A stretch of DNA of 64,000 bases from positions 11,100,001 through 11,164,000 of the forward strand of contig CM052817.1 in NCBI GenBank assembly GCA_028534125.1, given 5' to 3'. The notes under the pieces are model-generated. The model did no database searches and had not been told where the DNA came from. It saw only the letters and a program-made list of their open reading frames with translations. Below are positions 47,301 through 58,197 of the stretch, in pieces. The position numbers and the translations under genes were made by a program. Source of the stretch: Lama glama. Taxonomy: Eukaryota. Position 1 is the stretch's first letter. The number at the start of each line of letters is the position of its first letter.

Positions 47301-49119
47301 ATGGTCCAGGTTCCGTACCGAGCAGTCAACGGCCCTGGGGGCATCTGCCTGTGGAATGTTCTTGCAGGTGAGGAAGGTCCCTGGGGAGAGAGACTCCTGT
47401 CCATGCATCACGGGGCTGAGTTCCAAGCAGGGGGGCAGAAGGTGTGAAGGAAGTAAAATGCTCCCCCAACCTTCACTTCCTCGGGTCTCTTACCTGCTTA
47501 ATAGACATGAATATCCTTTTCACCAAAAGTTACAGCATCTCTGTCATCATAAGAACCAAATTGTCAGCATACCTGAGTGGCTGAGGACTTGGAGCAGCAA
47601 AGAGGGGGTGATGAGAGAAGGAGAAGACAGAGCTGGGGATGGAGAGGCGGGGGCTGTAGGAGTGAGGAGGCAGGGCTGCTGCTGTGAGACTGGAGGAACC
47701 TCACCAACGACAGAAAAGAAGGGACCTGGGGATTTTCATGCCTTATTTCCTACAAACCTCACAGCCTCCCTGTATGATGGTATTATTACCATAATTACAG
47801 ATGAAGAGCCTGAGGCTCAGAGAAGTTAAAAGATGCACTGAAAGTCACACAGCAATAAGTTTCAGAGGTGGAATTCCAACCCATGTATAATTGAGTCAAA
47901 ATTTTTTGTCTTTTCATTAATCTATGGTGACATTTATGACCATTGTGACCTATTTTCCAAGACAAAACATGTATGTGTGAGTGTGTGTGTGTGTTGATTT
48001 GGGAGAATATACTGATATGCAGAAATTCATTCACATTTAGTTATGCACTGAAAAAAATCACCTGTAATGAAAGTAACAAAATCCCAAGAATGATTTCAGG
48101 AAACCAAGGTCCCATGTTCAAGGCATCCTGATGGCCAAAACCCCTCTCTACCTTTACCTTATACAGGATGACCATGAAATATAAAAATAGGTAATGTTGT
48201 TTTATCATGCATAGCATAATATTTTATTATGTAATGGCATAATAAATGTGTTTTTAAATATTAATTAAAATCAAGGCAGTAGAAAAGTAGAGAGACAGGG
48301 AGAGAGAGCTGAAGAGAGAAAGAGAAACAGAGGGAACCCAGAAGGTCAAAGTCTGAAGCCACAGGTAGGGAAGCATGTGAGGTTTGAAATCTTTCCAATT
48401 TCCTCTCTCTACTTCCCTTTCCTCCTCCACTTCACCCCCCTTATCCTTAAGCTTGGAAAGAGGACAAAGAGGAGAGAATAGTCTAACCCTCTGTTAACCC
48501 CCTAGTCCACCCAGTAGGACGTTCTAACATCTTCCCACACAGTCCTCAGGGTCTACATACAAATGCTGAAAAGTTTAGAGACATGTGCACACCTTCACTG
48601 GGTCAGGGAAAAATCAGAGGGGTCTAGAGTCAAAGTCAATGGGATGTGAAGCTTATTCTGTGTCTCCCAACACCTCTCACCCCTCACACTGGATTATCTG
48701 CTGCTTTTAAAAGCAAATGAAAATTTGTGTCGCCCTAAGAATGTTTTAAACCCCAAGCAAGTTGGTGGCCTGTGCCACAGACATGCCCCCTCACGTCTAG
48801 TCATCAAATTGTAAAAAGGAGCTGTGAACGAGGGCATCCTTTTTGCGTTTCAGGCGGAGTCATGGCTCTGGCCCTCGCCAGCTTCACGGCTGCGGTGAAA
48901 TTTCACGACCTGACCGAGCGAATCGCCAACTTTCAGGAGAAGTTCTTTCGCTTCGTGGTGGTGGAGGAACAGTACGAAGAGTCGTTCTGGATCTGCGTGG
49001 CCAGCGCCTCAGCCCACGCCGCTAACTTGGTGGTGGTGGCCATCAGTCAAATTCCCCTCCCGGAGATTAAGACCAAAACAGAAGAGGCCACGGTCACGGC
49101 CGAGGATATCTTGTATTAA
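41053..49119 (+). CDS. CLRN2: Clarin-2, full spliced CDS: join(41053..41305,47188..47367,48854..49119); 699 nt, 232 aa tetraspan membrane protein
   Basis: Translation MPGWFKKTWYGLASLLSF...GLFRGCKVRQCGLGGRQSQFTIFPHLLKELNAGLH...EEATVTAEDILY* matches mammalian clarin-2. Four hydrophobic segments, N-glycosylation sequon NAT, GT-AG introns. Confidence 0.97.
42520..42830 (+). mobile_element. Old L1MC/MD-type 3' end (CLRN2 intron 1)
   Basis: GCTATAAAGGATGCCACTGGGACAATTGGTGGAATTTGAA...GATTTTGATAGTTGTATTGTGGTT...TTGCAATTTTTCTGAAGTTTGAGATT. Confidence 0.6.
43622..44075 (-). mobile_element. MLT1B/C-like MaLR solo LTR (CLRN2 intron 1)
   Basis: CCTAGGGCTGCCGTAACAAAGTCCCACAAA...CTCACAGTTCTGGAGG...GGATTAGAGCCCACCCTAGTGACCTC. 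Confidence 0.82.
47188..47367 (+). CDS. CLRN2: CLRN2 exon 2
   Basis: Acceptor TCTTCTCTCCACAG, donor GCAG|GTGAGG; 180 nt. Confidence 0.96.
48854..49119 (+). CDS. CLRN2: CLRN2 exon 3 coding part
   Basis: Acceptor CCTTTTTGCGTTTCAG; ends ...EDILY TAA followed by TAG. Confidence 0.96.
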
Positions 49120-50236
49120 TAGCCTTTTCCTAACTCAGTTCTGTACTGTGAAAGGAGACCTCTTTTTCTTTCTTTTTTTTTTTTTTTTCTTTTTTATTTT
49201 GCGGGCATCACAGTCCAGAACGTCTATGTTCTTGGCAGTAAAAAGGAATTAGAAGGAGGAAAAGGTGGTCCCTGGGCCAGAAAAGAAACTCCAAACTCCT
49301 GGCATCCCTGCACTTCTCTGTCACTGACCTTGGAGTTAGTCTGCCACTTGCCTGCCTTGTGTGACATTGGACAATTCAATTCATGTCTACTTCTCAGTTT
49401 CTCCATCTGTAAAATGGGGATATTAATGACCTCACAATGAGGTTTGAATGAGTGATAATGTTGCCAGCCTTCATATATTATAGAGGTCCCCACACATATA
49501 AGGTACTATACACTCCAGGAAATGTCTAGAGCCCATTGGTATCGTCTACACAATATTGGGGGGATGCACAGAGAAGTAGGATAATGTCCCTGCCCTCCAG
49601 AAACACCTAGTCTTTCCGCACGACACAGGAATCAGATAGCAACCGTAACACTAAGAATGAAAATAAGTCCCATTTTTCTGAGTGGTTACTACATGCAGTT
49701 TTAAAAGTTTTACATGTAGTAAGTCATCGAGTCCTCACTATAAACTCAGATTGTCGATATAGTCCCATATCACAGATGAAGAAGCTAAGGCATAAAGAGA
49801 TTGGGTAACTTGCCCAGGTCAGGAATTAAATGGAGGAAGTCTAGAGCCAGAGTTTACACTTTTAACCACTTTGCTAATCTGACATTTGACGTACAAGCCA
49901 TTGCAAGGCCATGTGATCAGTGTTAAAACAGGACATGCAGAAAAGACCCACAAACGAATCAGTTCTTCAGGATGGGATGTGGTATTAAAGATAGTATTAC
50001 AGAGTTGACACTTGATCTGAGCATTGAAAGATGAGGAGAATTTTTCCAGTGGTGAGGGAAGCAAGGTTGGAAAAGAGCGTTCCAGGATAAGTCAGTAATG
50101 AGGCAGAGGCGCAAGGCAGGAAACTACAAAGAGGGCTGGGTAGTATGTGAATTGTCAGTGGGATTAGAATATTGCTCTAATTCATCTGTCAGATAAACGC
50201 AGCTGTTTTGTGTTCGATTTTTGCTAAGTGGCTCTC

Positions 50237-50668
50237 TGGTGGTTAATTTTATGTGTCAGCTTGGCTAGGCCATGGTACCCTCATATTGGTCAAGTATTAT
50301 TTTAGATGTTTCTGTGAAGGGATTTTTTTGGATGGGGTTAATCAGTAGACATTAAGCAAAGCAGATTGCCCTCCATAATGTGGGAGGGTCTCATCCAATC
50401 AGTTGAAGGCGTTAAGAAAAGGACTGCCCTCCCACGGGAGAGAGGGAATTCTGCCAGGAAACTGCCACCAGACTCAAACTGCAGCTCTTCCCCAGACCTC
50501 CAGACTGCCAGCCTACCTACCCTGCAGATTTTGGATTTGCCAGACTCCACAATCGTGTGAGCCAATTCTGCATAATAAATCTCTTTCTTATACGTGTGTG
50601 TGTGCACACACACACACACACACACACATCCTCTTGCTTCTATTTCTTTAGAGAACACTCACTCATCT
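50237..50668 (+). mobile_element. MLT2B-like ERVL solo LTR with an internal (GT)n(CA)n tract
   Basis: GGTTAATTTTATGTGTCAGCTTGGCTAGGCCATGGTACCC...GCAGATTGCCCTCCATAATGTGGG...CCCTGCAGATTTTGGATTTGCCAGACTCCACAATCGTGTGAGCCAATTC. Confidence 0.85.
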
Positions 50669-52577
50669 GGGTACACAACTCATTATTAATTCATTTCCCC
50701 ACGATGCCAGCTGGGGCGAATCCTTCCCCAGCTCTCCCATCCTCATGCCAAGTAAAAGTTATCTAATCCCCCCAAATTAGCTTCATCTGAAATGATACCT
50801 GATTTGGACTCACTCTTTCTTTCCTTAACACTGAGCTTCAGAAAGTTTCCATGGCATCTCTTCCATTCTGTTCTAACCCCGAGTGCTTTCCTGCTGTGCT
50901 CCTCTGTGCCTTCCAGGCCTCCCCCCGCCACACACCACCCAGACACAGCTGCAGTCCTATTTAGCAGACTGACATCACTCATCAAATATGCAGGTGGCAC
51001 ATGGCTGGAAGGGATCGTTAACGTGATAAGAGATGGATCCCAAAGATAGGGACAGACTGCAGTGCTGCCTTGAAAACAAGTGGAAATGTCAGTGTTCCTT
51101 CAAGTTGAACATAAAGCCCTGCTGATTGAGATTTTTTAAAATCAATAACAGAAACAGAAGACTCTGGCAACAGTTTATATGACAAACATCTGAGGGTCTT
51201 GGAACGTTTATTCATTCATTTTACAAGTATTGAAACTTCTGGTAGTAGAGCAGTGAACAGACACAAATTCCTGCCCTCCAGAGATTTCATTCTCCAAGCA
51301 GCTGGGTGCTGGAGACAGTCAGGTTCAGTCTGGAAGACATCTCTCAGGGCTACTACAGAAGAGATTCCTATGTGAAATTTTGTGAGTTTGTTACAGGTGA
51401 GGGGAGGAGTGGGAAGAAGGGAGAATAAATATCTGGGTCACGATACACTCAAAGGTAGAGAATACATTTTACGGGAGTATTTTGGTTATAGTTAATCTGG
51501 TCATTTTATGAGTAAGGAAAAAAATAATAATAAATGCCCAATCCAGTTTGAATTTAACCCAATCTGACTGTTTATACTTGGAGACAGTGCCCAGATTCTC
51601 TGGAATAAAACGGCTGGCTCCTCAGATCGCCCCTCTGTCCCAAAGGTTCTGGGGTTAAGGGAGAAGGAGGCAGGTGCACACATACTCCTGATCTCTGGGG
51701 AGCATCCCCTCGTCTCCTGATGGTCCTGGGGGTGCACTGGCAGGGCTCCTGCCCCCTCGCTGCGGCTCGCCCTGCCAGCCTTCCCAGGGCAGCCTGAGGG
51801 CGCAATAATTTATGAAATGTTTTTTCGGCTGGTCAGAGCCCATTCACTGCCTAGAAGACTTGTCCTCGTCTTGGATCCTACCGGCTGCAGATGCCTGAGT
51901 GACCACCAAGATCTCCCTCCAGGTCTCCTGACTGCTCCACATCCAGGTTCTGCTGCAAAGCCTCCCACCTGCTTTGGCAGCCTGGGAGCCCCACACGGTG
52001 TCAGCACTGCATCCTGCCCCGGAGGTCCTGGGGATGCCTCCCCATTCACACACATGAAGAAACTAAGGTGATTCCTAGGCCCTTATTCCTCGCTCCAATT
52101 CGCCGACTTAAGAGATTCCCTACTGCTAATATGACCAAGTCCAAATACGAAATAAATTTGATTTAAAAAATTAAGTCTCTGCAAAATATTAACAATTGTT
52201 AAATTTAGATAACGGGTATTCATTACACTACTCTGTTTTCCCTCATGTTTGAAAATTTTAATAAAGAGGTAAAATAAAGAAGCAGAAAGAGTAAACATAG
52301 ACACACACTAATTAAGTCTCTGTTTCTCAAAATCACCAGAATGGGCTGTGAGTGTATAATTGGCACCACAGTTTAGAAAATTTTTGCTGGGAGTGAAGTG
52401 CTCACTTACATCACCTACATAAAGTTCAAATACTTATATATTATGCCAAGTGTATCTTTGGAAATCCTAGATTGGTAGAAGGAGACTAGGCAAGACACAG
52501 GGAATCACAAAAGTGAACAGCAGCTTCAGGGCTGGAGAGGGACACAGCCACTCAGAGAGGTCCCTGTGCCCATTTTA

Positions 52578-52728
52578 TTTATTATTTTTCTTTTGTCAGG
52601 GGAGGTCATTAGGTCTATGTATTTATTATTAGTTTTGAGGTTTTTTTAATGGAGGGACTGGGGATTGAACCCAGGACCTCGTGCATGCTAAGTGTATGCT
52701 CTACCATTTGAAATATACACTCCCTACT
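52578..52728 (-). mobile_element. tRNA-Ala-derived SINE (Vic-1-like) with a 15-bp TSD
   Basis: Antisense GGGGATTGAACCCAGGACCTCGTGCATGCTAAG; TSD CCTGWGCCCATTTTA at 52563-52577 and 52729-52743. Confidence 0.88.
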
Positions 52729-53163
52729 CCTGAGCCCATTTTAGATTAATTTTTATGCATGAAAGGTCTCTCCTCTTCTTCCTCCATCTCCCTCTCCTTC
52801 TCCTTCCTCCTCATCATTCTCATCTTCCTCCTCATCCTTCTCCTTTTAGTTGTGGTTGCTAAACTAAGAGTACAGCTTTATAAGACACCCATGTAACTAT
52901 GACACACATGGAACTCTTACCAATTAAATTAGGCCTTGTGCTCCCCCTTGCTCATATGATCTCATTTTCTTTTCTACTGCAAGGTCAACAACTAGTGAAC
53001 AAACAGAGTCACAACTTGACATGAATAAGCCCCAGTCCTTACTTAGCATTGCCTCATGCCAGGCTTTGTGCTAAGTACTCCACACACATTTTCTTCTTCA
53101 AGCTCAAACCCCTGAGAATGGTTACTCTTATTATCAGTTTTTGAGGTAAAGAACTAGAAACCT

Positions 53164-53460
53164 AGGCCACATATGACAAAGCCAACATCATACTACAACC
53201 AACATCATACTCAGCAGTGAAATGCTGACAGCATTTCCTATAAGTTAGGAACAAGATGAATACCCACTCTCACCCTTTTATCAACATAGTATTGGAAGCC
53301 CTAGCCACAGCAATCAGACAAGAAAAAGAAATAAGTCATCCAAATTAGAAGGAAGAAGTAAAACTGTAGCTGTTTGCAGATGACATGATATTGTATATAT
53401 AGAAAGTTCTGAAGATGTCACCAAAAAACTATTCGAGCTGTTTAATGAATTCAGTAAAGT
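53164..53460 (+). mobile_element. Isolated internal LINE-1 ORF2 reverse-transcriptase fragment (degenerate)
   Basis: CCAACATCATACTC...GCAATCAGACAAGAAAAAGAAATAA; TTTGCAGATGACATG encodes FADDM at 53373-53387. Confidence 0.85.
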
Positions 53461-54102
53461 TAAAATACTGTGAACCTAAAGTTCTTGTAACTGTTCCTAC
53501 ACTGTATATAAACAGAGTACGGCTCCAAATCAATTGGACAAAACTTCAAGGAAACAGCTATGAAAACAACGACTGGGCTGTCACAGTGATTTGGGGAGAA
53601 CAACTGAACTCCCACTGGGCTGAGGACACTGATCACCCACCTGGAGGACTGACCAGCAGCAGAACTCCACTTGCCAACCCCTTCCTCAACAAAGCAACAG
53701 AGGGAAGAGAGAAGAGGGCATCAGCAGACGGCAGCAACTGCTAGAAAAATCCAACATACTCCACGTCTTCAGGTGCTTGGTTGCCAAGCACTTGGTCAAA
53801 AACTAACTGAACTTAAATTCTGAGAGTCTTCAATTTGGGGATTTATCAGAAACATATTCTCTGGGATTTTCTTTCAGGAAAAATATATTATCATTGGTGG
53901 ATGTGATATATCCTTGCTGATTTTAACTTTGAGTGACAATCAATGGTGTGTTGTTTATAGAAAAGACAATGCAATGAGTTACATCATGACGTGATGAGCA
54001 ATTTTTTTTAAATCCTCTTATCTTCACCCAACACTTTTTAGCAGCTTGACTGAGAATTAGTTTACACACCATGAACTTCAGTCATTTAAAGTGTTTGACC
54101 CA

Positions 54103-54226
54103 GAGGGAAGGTATAGCTTGGTGGTAGAATTTGTGGTTAGCACGCATGAGGTCCTGGGTTCAATCTCCAGTACCTGCATTGAAAAACAATAATAACTATA
54201 CAAATAAAGAAATCTAATTACCCCTA
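54103..54226 (+). mobile_element. tRNA-Ala-derived SINE (Vic-1-like, more diverged) nested in an antisense L1 3' end (about 54035-54430)
   Basis: GGTATAGCTTGGTGGTAGA...GAGGTCCTGGGTTCAATCTCCAGTACCT...AATCTAATTACCCC. Confidence 0.82.
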
Positions 54227-56179
54227 AAGTAAACCTCTGGCCCATTAGCAGCCATTCTCCATTACCTTCCCAGCTGAGTCCTAGACAACCACTAATCCAC
54301 ATTCCGTCTTATGGACTGGCCCACTCTGGACATGTTATATAACCCACATACCATACAATATGTGGGTTTGGGGACCACTTTCTTTCACTTTGCCTAACGT
54401 TGTCAAGGTTCATCCATGTTGTAGCACAATGTCCCAATACGATAACTTTTGTATTCCTTCATTGTGCCCCCAATAGTGTACACTGTGTACTTATTTTCAT
54501 TCCCCATTCTTCACATAAAAATATCAAAGCTGTTTTTTTTAATTTCTACATTGTCTTCTTTGTAACTTCTGATGAACATATCAGTATCGAAACTCACAGG
54601 CATCCCCCCTGCGGCAGAAATTCCAGACAAGCCCACCAGTCCCTGTAACCTTCCCCTCGTGCCATCGTCACAGACAGATCTGCTCACAGAATCTGAGCCC
54701 CTGACAACCACCACTTTATTACCCAGCTCTTCCCTCCTACAGATAAATGAGGGTTTTATTCTCAGGAAACAGTAACACCACCTCAAGGGCTGACCAGCCA
54801 CACCAGTGGCACCCTTGTCTGGGCTTCTTCCCAGAAGAGATGGAAGTCACTGCCTTTGTTCCTCAACTAAAGGCCATTGTGACAAACTCCCCCCCCCAAT
54901 AAAATCTTTCTTTCTCATGCCCGTTTATAAACAAATGCAACTTTTTTTGGTGGGTTTTGTGGTTTTTTTTTTTTGAGGAAAAATTTCAGAAACATTTAAA
55001 AGCAGAGAGACTACTACAATGCAGCCCCATCACCCAGCTTCAAAGGTGATCAACTCACAGCTGGTCTAGTTCCACCCTCACCTCCCCTCCCCCACCCCCA
55101 TTACCGAACGCTTCTCACTAAAACTGTTTCCAAACATGTACTTGGACACCCCCGCCCTGCCCTCCCATCGACCTGCTTATTTTAACTTTATTTGCAGTAG
55201 ATATTTGGGGAGCATTACTGTGTGTCCAGCGCTGGGTCCTGAGGATACAAAGATGAATAGGACATTGTCTGGGCAGTTTACACACCAGGAACACGAGACA
55301 CAAATATTTCATTTGATGATAGCACCAGGCTGGGGGATGTACAAAGTTGGCTCCAGACACAGCCTCATGCGGGTGCTGGTGGGGTTTGTAAATAGTCGTT
55401 AATAGTAGCCACATGCTGGAGTGGGGGTCATGTTTCCGATAAAGTTGCTGGTGTGAAGTGCTTACACGATATTATTTTAAAGGTTAGATGGGGTTAAAGG
55501 AGCTACTACAATGAGGTGGGAGCTGGTTAAAATGTGAAGCCGCTTATTTGATTGAACCCTTGATCAGGTGAGTTGGGCGTGATTCACAACCTGGAAAACC
55601 CACGTACAGCAAAGCCACCATGATTGCCCTCCGGTTTTCCACACTGGCACAATCCTCCCCTGCGATCAGCTGGAACGGGCAAAGAGAAAGTGTTGGAGAA
55701 AAGGAAATATAAATGAATGTCTCCGCAGATGAGTACCAACCTCACAGGTGTGCGTCTAAGTTAAAATGTATACAAAATAGAAATATATATGTAGCCAGCC
55801 ATAAATGGGAAGATTGGGGTGTGTATGTGAAGCCATCAGGAAGCTTCACCTGCCCAGGGGCTCACCCCGGCCACCTGGTCTAGGGCAGCTGTCGCCAGGA
55901 AGGGCAGGACACAGCTGGCTGGGGCAGCGAGTTTCCAACGTCAGACCGAGTTGTCCCTTCCTTCCCAGACTGTTCCTACAGTGAATGACACTGCTCTTCC
56001 CCTGCCCAGTCACTCAGGATGCACTCATGTCCCGGGTGGCTCTGTGGGCCAGAAGTTTGATCCACCTGAAGGAACCAGGAGACGCCCCCATTTTCTCCCC
56101 GTTTTGAAGAATGACAAGCGGCAGGCAGGTGAGGAAACAGGTCTTGGGATGAGGGCATACATTTAAGCAAAGGTGCAGA

Positions 56180-56503
56180 ATCATGAATGTGACCGTACAT
56201 GGAGATGGGTTTTAAGGAGGTAATTAAGTTAAATGAGGTCATTAGAGTGGCTCCTAATTCAACATGTCTGATGGCCTTATAAGAAAGGAGATTAGGACAC
56301 AGACAGGCACAGAGGAAAGACCATGCAGAGAAACAGGGAGAAGACAGCCGTCTATAAGCCAGAGAGGCCCTGGACGAAACCAACTCTGCTGACACCTGGA
56401 TCTCAGACCTCCAGCCTCTTGATGTGTGAGAAATAGGTTTCTGATGTCTAAGCCATGCAGTCCATGGAACTCTGCTGTGGCAGCTCTAGGGAAGCAACAC
56501 ACA
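56180..56503 (+). mobile_element. MLT1A-like MaLR LTR
   Basis: GAATGTGACCGTACATGGAGATGGGTTTTAAGGAGGTAATTAAGTTAAATGAGGTCATTAGAGTGG...GTGGCAGCTCTAGGGAAGCAACACA. Confidence 0.8.
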
Positions 56504-58170
56504 GGTGTAGCAGGATGTGGCGGAGGGTCAGGGGAATCAGCAAGCCTTGTGGACCGCGAGGACGGAGAAAGAGGGAAGGATCCCGGAGGCCGGCCGAGTC
56601 TCTCGTTTGGTGAGATTAGTGAGGGCAAGGCCACTCGCTGTGACAGAGATCCCGGAGAAGGAGCAGTTTGGGCTGAGTTGCATCTGAGAGCCTACCAGTG
56701 GGACATCCAAATAAAATGCACAGCTGAAAACTGAATATTGACTCTGAAGCATTTCACCAAGAGTGGGACCACCAGGATTCTCGTCCCACTTCTGGGACTG
56801 TGTTGTGGTGGGCTCTCTGAGCCTCAGTTTCCTCATCCGCCTGAAAAAAAAAAAGGCAGGATAATAATATCTTCCCTTCTACCTCAGAGAGTTGTTGAGA
56901 GTTCAAATGAAGGGGACGTCAAAGGATGATTTGGAAACTTTACTGAGCTCACTGAGTGTCTTGAGAGCAATTTGCCTCAAATGAAAAAGTGCTTTCTAGG
57001 CATGAATTGTTATCAAATCCTAGATCTGGTAGTGAACTGTCCAAATCCTCCCTTCTTGTTTTGTTCTGTTTGTCACCAAAGGCTATGACCACAGGATGGC
57101 AATTTGTGTTTCTGGAAACTTAATCATACTGGGTAATAATGCTGTCTAGTGATAAGGCCTGACTTATAACTGTAACTATCCTGTGCATTTCTGTAAGATT
57201 TCCTAACAGTGGGAGTATTATAAGTCAGAGATCAATTGTTTCATTTGAAACAATTAGTGAGTCAGAAAGAAATTAGAGAAGCAATGAGCTTCAACTTCTT
57301 AGATATTGTTGCTTTTATCGTTAAAGTCATGAGATAATGGTTTTAGCATTGATATTATTTGATGTTATCACAAAAGCATAGATTGTAATAATCGTAATTA
57401 AAGCAATGCATGGTGTAACATAATTTATAAATTATATGCAACTAAAAACCTGAACACCAAAATTGAAGGGATATGACCACCTTTTACCACTAGAGGGAAG
57501 CAATCCACTGCAATAAATGAACTGCGCCATAGGGTGTGACTGCTGTTGGACTGGGGACCGTAAATGATTCTTCCAACACAGATTCATTTTATGATTCTAA
57601 TATGCTAGATTACAATTTCACATTCCAATCAAAGAAAGAAGGCCCTTTTATGTTTTATATAACATTGCTGGATAAGGATAATATGCATCATTTTTCAGGA
57701 GGTGTTGCAAAACCCCAAAGAACAGAACGATTGGAACTTAGGTCTTGGTCTTACCAGGAATCTGTAGTTACAAGTGTGAAACTTTTCCTTTTTAATCTTC
57801 TGGGGGAAAAGACATTCCTAAAAATAAAAATACTTGGTTAACTGATAACTCAACAAGTATCAAGTAGAACTTAAGCAGGGCAACTCTGATAAATCACTAG
57901 ATCAATTGTTTACTCCATAAAAAATTCAATCTTTTAAAAAGTTGTCATCATTATGATAATACATACCAAGAAAAAATTTTAAAGGTAAAATTATGAGAAA
58001 GAAGATAAAGATTAAACCATTATTAATCTTTTTCTCTATTTTCTTAAATGGTTACTTTCCTAAGATACTGTATTTAATTAAGACAGTACCAAAATTACCT
58101 AGTGAGCTTTTAAAAACTAAATCAGGATTTATTGAAGGGGAGGAAGAAGAAGAGGAAAGTGGACTCCTGA

Positions 58171-58197
58171 GTGTGTGTGTGTGTGTGTGTGTGTGTG
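58171..58197. repeat. (GT)13 microsatellite
   Basis: Directly visible. Confidence 0.92.
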
